Positions 1 through 20,773 of a stretch of 64,000 nucleotides of DNA are shown here, piece by piece. Origin of the DNA: Neocallimastix sp. 'constans' (lineage: Eukaryota); the NCBI GenBank assembly GCA_050613775.1, contig JBODTK010000140.1:310001-374000 (forward strand), read 5' to 3'. The translations under genes and the position numbers were made by a program. Below the pieces are notes generated by a model that was given only the letters and a program-made list of their open reading frames with translations, had not been told where the DNA came from and searched no databases. Every line of letters begins with the position of its first letter. Within the stretch, counting starts at the first letter, position 1.

Positions 1-219
1 ATTTATATAATTATAAATTCTTTTAAGTAGTAAATATTTTATGATTTAATCAGAATATTAATAATCATTTTTTTATTTTTATTTTTATTATTATTATTTT
101 TTTTCTGCTATTGTTGTTTATATAATTATTTACATTTTATATTTTATATATTTATTTGAATAAATCGCCAAATAATAATACAATTAATATTCAAAGAAGT
201 ATATATAAATTAATTAAAA

Positions 220-2563
<2,344 letters not shown>

Positions 2564-2700
2564 ACTACAATATATCATTATAATCTAGTATTTTTATAAA
2601 AATATATACATTTTCAATATATGAACCACTTCACTCTATTACGTGAAATTCGTTAAAATAAAATTTATATATAGTAATAAAATTTTAATAAATAAAAATC

Positions 2701-2731
<31 letters not shown>

Positions 2732-3817
2732 AAGGCAGATTGTCAAAAAAATATATAAAAAGTAAATATATATATAATACATTTTTAATTAGTATTGTTT
2801 AAGCTTTAAAAATAAAAGCTGTTTATATATATGCTCCAATGTATAATATAAATCAACAATAATATAATAATGAAATAAATATATAATCAATCCATAATCG
2901 TAAAAAATATTTATAAATATATATATATATATATAAATTAAAATCATATAGCAAAAAAAAAAAATTAAAAAATTTAAAAAATATATATAATATATATAAA
3001 AGTAATAATAATAAAATTAAATTAAAATAAATTTAATATTAAATATAGAAATGATATAAAAAATAATTAAAAAAAAAAAAAAATAGATACGCATCTCGCA
3101 TCTCTAAAATCATGTTTTTATGATTGAGATTTTATATAATAAAATTTGTTATTATTATTACTATTCTCTTATTAAATTTTTTATTTTTATTAATATTTTA
3201 ATATATGAAAATAAAATTTAATAAATAAATATACAAAAAAAAAAAAAAATAAAAATGAGGAAAAATGGAATAAAGAGAAATATAAAAAATTTTGGTATTG
3301 TTCCTATGTAAAAAATTTTTTGTATGATAGTGAATAATTAAAACAAAGAAGTTTGGCTTAAAATCAAAGAAAATAATATATTTTTTTATTTATGTTATAT
3401 TGATTAGTTTATTAATCCATATTTATATTAAGGTTGAATTGTTATATAAAAATATATAATAAATATACATTTGATTGGTGAAGCCTCAAAAACAATTAAA
3501 CAAAAGATTTTTTAATTTATTTATTTTGATCCTTCTTTCTTGCCTATTTATCATATAATTGTTTTTGACATTTAGGTAAATAATGATGGATGATTTAATG
3601 AATTTAGTATTATTATTATTATTATTATTTTAAAAAATGAAAGTTGATGGATGAATAATTGTTATAAATTTTTAAGAATTAAATATTGTTTGATTTATTA
3701 TAAAGTTTTTAGTGTGTTAATATATTATTAGAATGAAAATCTTAAATCTTAAATAATGAATTGGTTATTAATATATATATATAATTATAGTCTATAACAG
3801 AGGCACAATAGTAAACA

Positions 3818-4269
3818 ATGGCTAAGAGTAAGAATCACACTGTAAGTAATTATGATAGTAATTAAATTAGTAAAAATAAAATGAGAACAGTTTAACTAAT
3901 TGCTACTATTATAATTGAAATTATTGTTATATATAAATTAAGAACCACAACCAAAGTAAGTCAAATACTTATAAAATTTATTAATATAAGTTATATTAGA
4001 AAATTAAACATAAATTTTATTATATAAATTTTAGTCCGTAAGCAACACAGAAACGGTATCAAGCGCGCACCACACAATAAATACCCATCTCTTAGAGGTG
4101 TATGTATAAATAATGATTGGATAATGAATTAATTATATGATAAAATTTTAATATATAATGGATTATTACATATAAATAAATTAATTAGGTTGATCCAAAA
4201 TTCCTTCGTAATCAACGTTTTGCTAAAAAGGGTTCTTTCCTTGCTCGTAAGAATGCTGCTGCTAATTAA
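3818..4269 (+). CDS. RPL29: 60S ribosomal protein L29 (eL29). Exons 3818-3841, 3943-3955, 4035-4099, 4189-4269
   Basis: Spliced translation [60 protein letters not shown]. Absent from the ORF track because the exons are tiny. Confidence 0.96.
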
Positions 4270-4879
4270 TAATTTATGAAATGAGATTGAAATATATTGT
4301 TTTGAAGAAACTCATAAATGAAAAATTGAAAATACTCTTGTTAAATAAAAAGAGCCATTAAAAAATATTAAATGAAATAGTTGTATTTTATTTAGATTTA
4401 AGTGTTAATATGTGTTGAATTGGAAATGTGATATAATATACGGAAAAAAGTAACTTATATGATTTATAAGAATAAGAATAAAAAGCTAGTTAATATAAAA
4501 TATCAAGAACGAACATAATAAAAATATTATTGAAAAATTTACTATTTCAATAATTTATTTTAAATAAGGACATTTTTATTATGTGTAAAATTAATATTTA
4601 ATATTTATTAAATAATATAGGATATATTTTAGATAGTAAAATATTTTTTGGTCGGATCTTTATTGTGATATAGTAAAAATTTAGTATGAATGAAATAATT
4701 TTGAAAATAATATATTCGTAAGATAAAAATAGATAGGAATAAAAATCTTTAATATTAAAATTTTAAGATAAATTATTATAAATCTTTATGTTTTTAATTT
4801 TTATACATTAGAATTATACATTTAATAAGATGAATTATATATTTAATATCAATGAATTTTAATGATTTTATAATGAAAA

Positions 4880-6097
4880 GTCTAAAAGTACAACCAAAGA
4901 GGAAAATTTAATGACTATTAACCTATAATTCAGTTCAAATTTATAATGCACTTACCAAACTAAATAATATTGGTATTCGTGGTAAGTGCATTCAATTCTT
5001 TGATAATTTATACCTTTGAAAGCACGTGTAAACTTAGTGGTAAACTTTCAAAATAATTTATGATACATCATACATCATGGTGTTCCTTAGAAGTGTCCCT
5101 TATCACCTCGGTATTTAATATACTTATCAATGATATATTTAATAAAATAAGAGATATGATGTGGTGTGGTGCTGATGATGTTGTTTTGTTGGCTCCTACA
5201 AAAAAATCTTTCTTGAGTTTTATATAAAATGTTTTTAAAACATTTTAAAACTGATGATTAAGGTATCAAAAATGAAATAATCTTTGAAATTAGTAAATGC
5301 TCTACACTTTTTAAACCAAAGAACTTAATACCTCCAATATATCAATATTAATATCAATAATAATTATATTGTTAATAATAATAATAGTATTGATAGTGAT
5401 AGTAGGAAAATTAATATTTTTATTTTATTTATTTATTTTTTTTTTTATTAAAAGTAAAAATAATAGTGTCATTACTAATAATATAGTGAAAAGTTCAATT
5501 GGTGAAAATTGTGTTAATATTGGTAATTTTTTGAATAATGAGTGTGTAAATATATATGTAAGTGGAAACGATTATATAACTTCCTTCTTGATGGAAGAGA
5601 TGCTGATATCATTAATTTAAATAATAAAAAGGAATGGGATGTTTTATTTAATAACCAAATTATTTTTGGTGATTATTATAAAACACCATTTTTGGTTCGA
5701 TCTGCAGCTCTCTTTTCAGAAATTATGCCTAGGGCTAGTATTCGACAAGGATTGGTTTTCTGATAGTATAAGTGAAAATTAACTAGGATCGTCAACACTG
5801 ACAATGAAATAAGACAAGCTAGTAGGGCCAATGCCTCTGAAAATGGATACCATAATTTCTTTCAGATTGTAAATTCAAACTCAAATCTGGGATAAGAGTT
5901 ACTTTAAACAGAAATCTAATAATCTAGAATTGAAGTTAGCTTTATATGGACTTTTTTCTTAATATTTATACATTTAATTTTGAATATTACTTTTATTTCA
6001 CGTTACTATTTAAACATTTATTATGTTCAATTTAGACAAATAATATCGTGTTTTTTAAAAAATATACATGTAATTAATAAATGAATAAATAAATAAA
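4880..6097 (+). mobile_element. Degenerate, internally deleted non-LTR retrotransposon (LINE) copy
   Basis: Broken RT motifs (SVQIYNALTKLNNIGIRGKC at ~4930-4990; ADDVVLLAP at ~5170) match the element at 53-57 kb. The C-terminal segment FLLDG...PFLVRSAALFSEIMP (ORF 5542-5763) resembles that element's C-terminus. The 3' UTR motif at ~5983-6046 recurs at ~7901-7964 and is followed by a short AATA tail. Confidence 0.85.
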
Positions 6098-6104
6098 ATT
6101 AAAG

Positions 6105-7998
6105 TTTGCTATTATTGAGGTTATAAAAAATTTTTATACCTTCAAGACATTATGAAAATTCTACATTTAAGCTTGGCATGAACCATCTACCAAGCACTAA
6201 TCAATATACATATCTTGGAATACCTTTCAATGAATCAGTAAAGTAAGTTATGCAGTTAACATTTTCTTTAGATTTTTAACCAAGATAAACATACCTTAGG
6301 ACAAAGGAAACTATAATACGAGTTTTAAAGTACTAAATTCGGTTCTTTACTGTTCACTTTTACTAGGATCTAATAAAAAGAATACTGAAAAAGCTCAAAC
6401 TGCTTTAATCGAGGTTTGTTTTACAGTATCTTGTTTAAAAATAAGACTTCCAATAAAATTAAATATTAAATATCTAAAATAAATATAAATACTTCCTATA
6501 GCTTGTTTTTGTACTAAGGTGGTGATTTAATACTTTATAGAGTGGAAAGAGTCTTCTTGTATTATTACTTATTTAGTCAAAAATATACAAACACTTTCAC
6601 ATTATTCATGACGAAAAAAGTACGTAGATTAACAATACTCAAACACAATAATAAGCTTCCTGGATAAATACTGAAGTTTTACTGGAAAACAAGATGGGAA
6701 AATGCAAAAGAGTATAGCAATAATGATACTAAAACTAGTACAAGCCGAAAATATGTAGCAGAAATAGCACACAGTTACACAGATAATTGTAAAGTAAAAG
6801 ATAAAAGTTGCAGCACAAAATTCTGGATTAGGATTATGGAAAGTGGCGGAAAGTGTAGGAGAAAATGCAATATCATCCAAGATAATACTAAAGGATAAAA
6901 AGCATTACCAGTGTCAGTAACACAAGCAAAGGCAAATAACAATCCTGCTGTTCTATTTCTATTATCTGTTGTAGCTTCAACAATAACTGCAACATCACCT
7001 GGTTTATATCATTCAACTGGGAAAATGTTTATTATACAAGAACTTCTGCTATTAGATCAATTAAATGCAAGAAGTTTAAAATTGATTTTAAAAAATTTAA
7101 TTAATATCTATCTCTAAAGTATTCACAATTTTCTCTTAGATTTTTTTGGATTGGAAGAATTAAATATGGATTCAAGTTAAATGAGAAATCTTATATTAAA
7201 AACAAATTAATGTAAGAAGGATTGCCCGACATGTTGTCCTTGCTGTGGAAAAGTAACAGCATTCTTAATTGTACACACTGGATACTTTTATGTCTTAAAT
7301 ATGAGGAATTTAGGTAAGAATTTATTCAATTTGTTTTTGATGATAAAGAGGTAGATTTTGATGATAATATTAATTTATACGTGCTCTCTCTCCTTCTTGG
7401 AAGAAATACAGTATATGACATCTAAAAGATTGGTTCTGGAAAAGAGGGCGTTTTATTAATAACATATTTCAATCATCTTCAAAAACCCTAATGATATGGA
7501 CTGTTTTTCTTGGTCTATTGAGGGTTAAAAGAAAAGGAATGGCCTATATCAGGTGCACTAATTACAGTTTTCTGTAATTTTGATGATAATCGATGATTAT
7601 CCATTCATAAGTGGTTTCTTATAGACTGTAGAATGTGAACCTGATGCTTTATATTGTTTTAGACTGGGTATAAGGTAATATTTGAGTTGTATAATTAATA
7701 ATATCATGTAGTTTCTACATATTAACATTGTAATGAATCTATTGTATTTTTTACTTTGGCATTATTGTGTGTATGTATTTTTTGTGTATTATTTAAACTC
7801 ATGTAAATTTATGTAGCATTTCAACAAAAATCTTATAATAGAGAAGTGAGGTTTGTTACATATGAACTTTTTTCTAAATTTATTTATACACTTTATTTTT
7901 AATATTACTTTTATTTCACATTACTATTATATATATTATTATGTTCAAATTGGACAATTAATATTTATTTTTTTTTTTTTTAAAAAAAAATATTCATG

Positions 7999-8000
<2 letters not shown>
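6105..8000 (+). mobile_element. Second degenerate, 5'-truncated LINE copy in tandem
   Basis: TFKLGMNHLPSTNQYTYLGIPF at ~6160-6230 (RT C-terminal region) and a CPTCCPCCG Zn-finger remnant at ~7223-7250. Colinear with the minus-strand relic at 51.6-52.3 kb. Many stops and frameshifts. Confidence 0.85.
6690..7017. other. ~320-bp non-LINE insert within the dead LINE, including a 72-nt YebC/PmpR-like fragment (6943-7014, minus strand)
   Basis: Absent from the homologous relic at ~51720-51750. Flanked by TGGGAAAATG at 6695-6704 and 7018-7027. The minus strand reads E*YKPGDVAVIVEATTDNRNRTAG. Confidence 0.75.
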
Positions 8001-8172
<172 letters not shown>

Positions 8173-8259
8173 GTAAAGTTAAAACTTTGCAATAATTGCA
8201 GCTGTAAAAAAAAAAACATCTTCGAGAAAGTCTTTTTCTCAAATTCATATTTTGTGAGG

Positions 8260-8440
8260 CTTGTGGAATTCCATACTAATGACATGCCTATTATTATTAG
8301 TGATATTTGCACCATTAGACCTACCGTTTTCAGGAGATAAAACAAAGAAGAAATTCTGACACACATATTTTTATCTATATGGAGATATCATAATGGGAAG
8401 AGTTAGAAGCCATTTCGTCATCGAAACTCATAAAGTAGTT
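8260..8440 (+). mobile_element. Short 3'-terminal LINE fragment
   Basis: 8278-8327 matches the reverse complement of ~51235-51302, and 8392-8433 matches the reverse complement of 17318-17359. Confidence 0.7.
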
Positions 8441-8838
8441 CTTTAATAATGATGTAAAAAGTTTTATGTAATTTATTATCATATATTTTTTTTAATAAAT
8501 ATTATTAAATAAAGCTTTTTCCTAGTCTAAAAAAAAAATGTACTTAGTGAAAATGGTTTTTTATTCCATAGTTTGAACTATATATTTAGTTATTTATATA
8601 TATATGCATTAATTATATTTTCAAGTATTTTTTTAATAAATATTAATAAAGTTTATTTCTTGTACAAAAACGGGAAAATATATATATAAAAGTTTTGAAT
8701 TATATTTAATGAAATTGTATTACATGAAATTGTATTTTACTTATTAAATAAACACTTCAAATTTCGTAATCTCAGATTATATTTATTATCTTTAATATTT
8801 TTATTGTTTATTTATTATTATAGTTAACTACTTATAAT

Positions 8839-8870
<32 letters not shown>

Positions 8871-9027
8871 GTATTATTATTATAATTATTATTATTATAA
8901 TTATTATTATTATAATTATTATTGTTGTTGTTATTGTTTATGAGTTGAAATAAGTAGAATAATTTCTAGTATATAAATTATTTTTGAAATTTTTAAAGTT
9001 TAATAAATTTTGAAAATAAAATGTATG

Positions 9028-9061
<34 letters not shown>

Positions 9062-9082
9062 AATATATATTTCAAAGAAATT

Positions 9083-14788
<5,706 letters not shown>

Positions 14789-15271
14789 TATATAATTAAA
14801 ATGACATTGAAAACAAAAATATTTCTATATTACTTTTTTATTTCAATGATAAGTTGAAGATAATAATATATATAATAATAATTAGATAGTAAATTGATTT
14901 ATCACGATATTTATTATATATTATTATTAAATATTATATATAATAAAAGCACATAAAAATACATATTTATAAATATAAATTATTATAAATTAATAAAAGT
15001 ATTTTCATTATTAATCAAAATTTCTAAGAATAAATAATTATATTATTAAAAACATATAGGAAATTAAATAAAAAATTATGTATCCATATGAAGAGGATAA
15101 ATTGTAAAATTAAAAATACGTATTTTTTAAGTTTTTTTTTTTTTTTTTCATAAAATATTAATAAATATTTAATGACTTGAATATATTTAAATTTTATTAA
15201 TTATTATAAAACCGAAATTAATATATTAAATTTTCATAATACAAAAACTATCATTAATAATACTGGAACTA

Positions 15272-15727
<456 letters not shown>

Positions 15728-16190
15728 AATTTGTTTTTTATTATTTAATTATGTTTTTTTAATATAAAATTTAATTATAATTTATTATTGCTTTTAAAAA
15801 TTTTACATTTAACTATTTTTTAAAGTATTCAAAATATTTATGAGAATTTACCAAGTTATTTTTTTTTTTTTTTTTTATTTTTATTTTTGAAATTGAAATT
15901 GAAATTGAATTACTATCATTTTTATATCATTTTTTTTATAATATAAAGAAGTAAATATTCTCAAAAAATATTCATATTAAAATTAAATATTATATATATA
16001 TGTTATAATATAACTAAAATATATTTATATATATAATTTCAGGAATATAATGAATTAAGAACATATACAATATTACTATGTAGATAAGAATTTATTTATT
16101 CTAATATAAAATTGAAACATTTTTGTAACTAAAATCAAGCAATAACAAGATTATAATAATTCCAATATATAAATATGAAAGAAGACCATA

Positions 16191-16221
<31 letters not shown>

Positions 16222-16619
16222 AATAGAGAACATATACAACTTATCTTTTATTTAATTTTTAGAGTTTATTTATTACTTAATTTATTATATTATATCCAAA
16301 ACTTTAATCTTAATAATAAAACTAATAATAAAATATTATTTATTTTTAATTAAAAATAAAATATTTGATATTTGTTCAAAATAAATCATTTTCCAAATTA
16401 TTTATTAAAATTATTATTATTATTACTATTTTTATTTATTTATTTATTTATTTATTAATTGCTATAAATATATTAATATATTGTATACATTACAAGTAAA
16501 TAGATAATTATAAATACTTCATAAATATGTTTAGACAAAAAAATATATAGAATATTTTAAATGAAGAAAAATATTATAATAAAAATTAATTAAAAAATAA
16601 AGTTAATATAATTCAATGA

Positions 16620-19600
16620 AAATAAAGAAAAAATTTAAAAGTAATTATGGTATTATAATAGAAATCGAAATAGTTTCTAACAAATATATTTAATAAAATA
16701 AAACAAAGAAGAAATATCCTTAAAATATATAGAATGGAAACGTAACCACTAAACTCCTCCACGAACCAAGAGAAATATTATCAATAGATTCATGGTATAA
16801 GGAACGATAATTACTATTTGTGTAAGATGTACTGATGGACTAGTAATAGAGGTTCATCTATGCCATATCGGTTCGGCTTTGACTCTTTTGGTTGCGAAGA
16901 GTTTTTTACTATACCAATTAAAAAATAACTCAAGAGAGCTACTAATGATTGGTATAGTGTTGGTAAGGTAATCTATAAGGCTAAATATATACGGAACATT
17001 AGATCAAAAACTCTTTAATAGAATTTCTCTTCAATTTTTTTGTTTACTAGTATTAAATTATGAAGGAACATACAAATATATTCGTTAATATGCTCTTTAC
17101 AATATAAAATAGATGTATAAGAAGAGAAAAAAGGTAATTTACCCATAAACAAAATAAAAAGGTCGTTGATGAAATTTAATTATTTCAATCTAATATTAGG
17201 AATTGTAGAACATTCAAATATACAATGGATAAATAACTGATCACTTTTACTACAGCATGGACAACATTTGGGATAATTTTCTATATACCATACAACAAGT
17301 AATATTAAAAAACGACATTATGAGTTTCAATGACGAAATGGCTTCTAATTCTTCCCATTCATTGATGATAATTACATGTATATAAAAATAATCATTTGAA
17401 TCTATATCAGAATTTCTTCTCTCTCTTATCGTTTCAATATCATCATTCTTGACATCTATCGATCTAATGATTACAAATCGATCATAGTGTAAAATCAATA
17501 ATAACAATAGACGTATCATTAATATGGAATTCTTCAAGCATTACAAATATAAAATCGAGAAAGAAGACTCTCTTGAAGGTGATTAAAAGATATTATTAAT
17601 ATAAAACCTTCTTTCTCTTGAACCGATCTTTAAAATGTCACATACTGCATTTCTAACGAGAAGGAGACGCAGTATGTAAAATTAATATTATCATCAAATC
17701 TTCCTCTATGTCAGATTGTTCAAAGGTATCTACATTGACATTTAGAGAAAAATTAATAAAATATTCATCAACAAATTGAATGAATTATAGATTAAATTCT
17801 TCACATTTAGTTTATAAAAGTATTCAGCTAGGTATATTATTACTTTCACCACAACAAGGACAGCATGTTTAGCAATCTTCTGATACCCATTTGCTTTTAT
17901 ATAAGGTTTCACATCAAATTTGAATTCACATTTAGTTCTCTACATCCAAAAATACCCAAAAGAAAAATGTTAGAGATAGACGTTGAATAAATTTTTCAAA
18001 ACAAATTTTAGCTTCTTGTATAATGAATATTTTCCAGTAAACCTAGTAAAACATATAGTCGTATTGATGATTACAATAGTCGTATTGATGACAATAACAA
18101 TTAAAACAGATTATTGGATATGAACAGGATCGACATAACATCTTTAAATAAATTCAGATCTACTGAAGGCCAAAATAGAAGAATGAGGGCACCCTTGATA
18201 CACTCCATGATGAATGTCAAGAATTGTCTAAAAGCATATCAAGAATACAAGCACGAGCTTCATTAGAATTTTTTTTTTATCGCTTCAGATGTTCCGACTT
18301 TTTGCCCCCCTCAAGGCATGGAAATATTAAGGTAATTACAATACTTCGGTATGCTTTCTTGTAGGCGAATATTATCCCTGTTTTACGGCTTTACTGAGTA
18401 TTCAGCATTGGCTAAAAAGAAAATGTACTTCCATTGTTTTATTTATTAATTATAAAACAATAATAATATATTGTATAAATATAAATGTAAAAATATATTA
18501 TAAATATAATTAAGATAAAAATGAATATATAAAAAATATTAAAAATATAAAAATATTAAAAATGAAATTCAATAAAAAATAAAGCTAACATAATATAATT
18601 TAAATAAAGAGAAAATTTAAGAGTTATTATGGTATTATAAATGAATAGAGATTATTTTTTCTAAAAATATTTATTAAAATAAAATAAAGAAGTAACATCT
18701 ATAAAATAGATAGTGTGGAGACCATTAAACTCTCTCTTGAACCAGAGAAATATTATCAGGAGGTTCAATTTTCGTTTATTCAGGTAAATGTGTAAGATGT
18801 ATTAAAAAGATCATTGCTGAATAGAATTCCGAGATAAACTAAGCATGAAACATTATGAATAGAGAACATTCAAAGATGGAAAAAAAATCTTCACAAGAAT
18901 GAGATTGAACAAAGAAAAGATATTTGATTATCATAGTTGCGCATTTATTTATTCCAAATTGCATTTCCTTCTTGCCTGCTCATTTAAAGACACAATAAAG
19001 AAGTGAACTCATGTTTTCTTTACTGGGAGCAATTAAAATAATATCATCTGAAAATCAATATTAATTAACGGCATTTTTTCTCCAAATTTATCACATTTAT
19101 CTAAAACATCATTAATAAATAAATTAAATAAAATAGAAGAAATGGGTCTCTTGATACACTCCACGATAAAAATCAAATTTATTTGAAAGCATATTATGAA
19201 AACAAGTAAATACTGTAGAAGATAAGTCCAGATTAGAGGGGAAACTAAAACTTTTGCCACGAATACCGAGATGAAATAATATAGTTAAAAACTTGAAAAT
19301 AGGTACAGAATCATAACTATTTTTTATATCCAAGAAAGCTACTAAGTAAACTCATTATTAAATTTCCTTCTAAGACGGATTTCTCTAATAGAAATATAAA
19401 GACTAATATAATCTTCATATTACGAAAACCAAGTTGTTCAGGTCTCATAAATTAATACTTAAATTTATATTTTGAGATTTTATCGATTATTATCTTTGAA
19501 ATAATTATAAACCTTTATTAAATAATGAAATTCCATGATAATTAGAAAGGTCACCTTTTTTTGGATAGAATTAATAAAAGCAGTATTCCATTTCTTAAGA

Positions 19601-20000
19601 AAGGAGCCATTTCAAATTTTATTGAATAGAATTTCATAACATTTAGCAGCATTAGGGTACTTTTCCCTTAGTTCAATACCGCAAAATATTGCTTTATATA
19701 TATATAGAAGATAAGAAATAATAAAATATATTAACATAAAATATTGATATAAAAAAATATATAGACATACAATTATATAGAAATTAGAATTATTTTAAAT
19801 TACACGTATTATCAATAAAAATAATCTATATATATTGAAAAGGAAAAATATTCAAATATCCAATGGATGAACGATCGTTCACTTTCCCCATAGCATTAGC
19901 AGACTTTCGGACAGTTGTCTAAAACTCTACCACTTAAAATAATTTAGTTTATACTTTTAATATAGGTACTAAATCATAAGCCTTTCCTTATAACTGAATA
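16620..20000 (-). mobile_element. Cluster of at least four tandem or nested degenerate LINE fragments
   Basis: Three separate Zn-finger remnants: CPCC (~17250), CCPCCGE (~17850) and CPKVC*CYGESERSFIHWIFE (~19880). RT remnants: HGVYQGCP (~18200), and SYDSVPIFKFLTILFHLGIRGK plus ILFNLFINDVLDKC (19050-19340). The 3' UTR motif occurs at ~16710-16780 and ~18688-18760. Confidence 0.88.
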
Positions 20001-20773
20001 ATAATGATAATTTTACCAATTAAGAACTTTTATATTCTTTGAATATTATAATACACAAATTTATTAAAAAAACAGTAATTATAATTTTTATTTTATTTTT
20101 TAAATATATTTTATTAAAATATTAAATTTAATTAAATTATTTAAAACAGTTTATTATAAATTCATTTTTATTTAAATATCACAATTTATATTTATGTTTA
20201 TTTATTTAAAATTGATTTCAATAATAAAAAGCTCTATTTTACTTTTAAAATTTTAAAGGTATATTAATAGATTAATTTATGAAAATTCCCCTATAACTTC
20301 ATCTTTTAAACCTCTTGGATTTTAATTTTTAATCTTAAATTTTTAATTTTGATATTGTTTTTAATTTCGATATTATTTTTGTTTTTGTTTTTGTTTTTGT
20401 TTTTGTTTTTGTTTTTGTTTTTGTTTTATATATATATAATATACATTATATTTTTATAATCTGATAATATTATTAATTAAACGCTAATTCTTATTTTCTT
20501 TATTTTTTTTTTCCTACATAAAAAACATAAAATAATTTAAAATACTTTACATAAAACATTTATAATATTATTAATTATTATAATATATTATAAAACTGTT
20601 TATAAAAGTAACAATATATACTTTTTTAAAAAAAAAAAAAAAATTTGAAGAAACAAGAAATATATATATAATTTAAATAATAACAGAAATAAATTAAAAT
20701 AATATTTTTAAGTATTATTTCATTAAAAATTATTATAATAGTATTTTCAATAAGGTTGATTAAATATACACAT

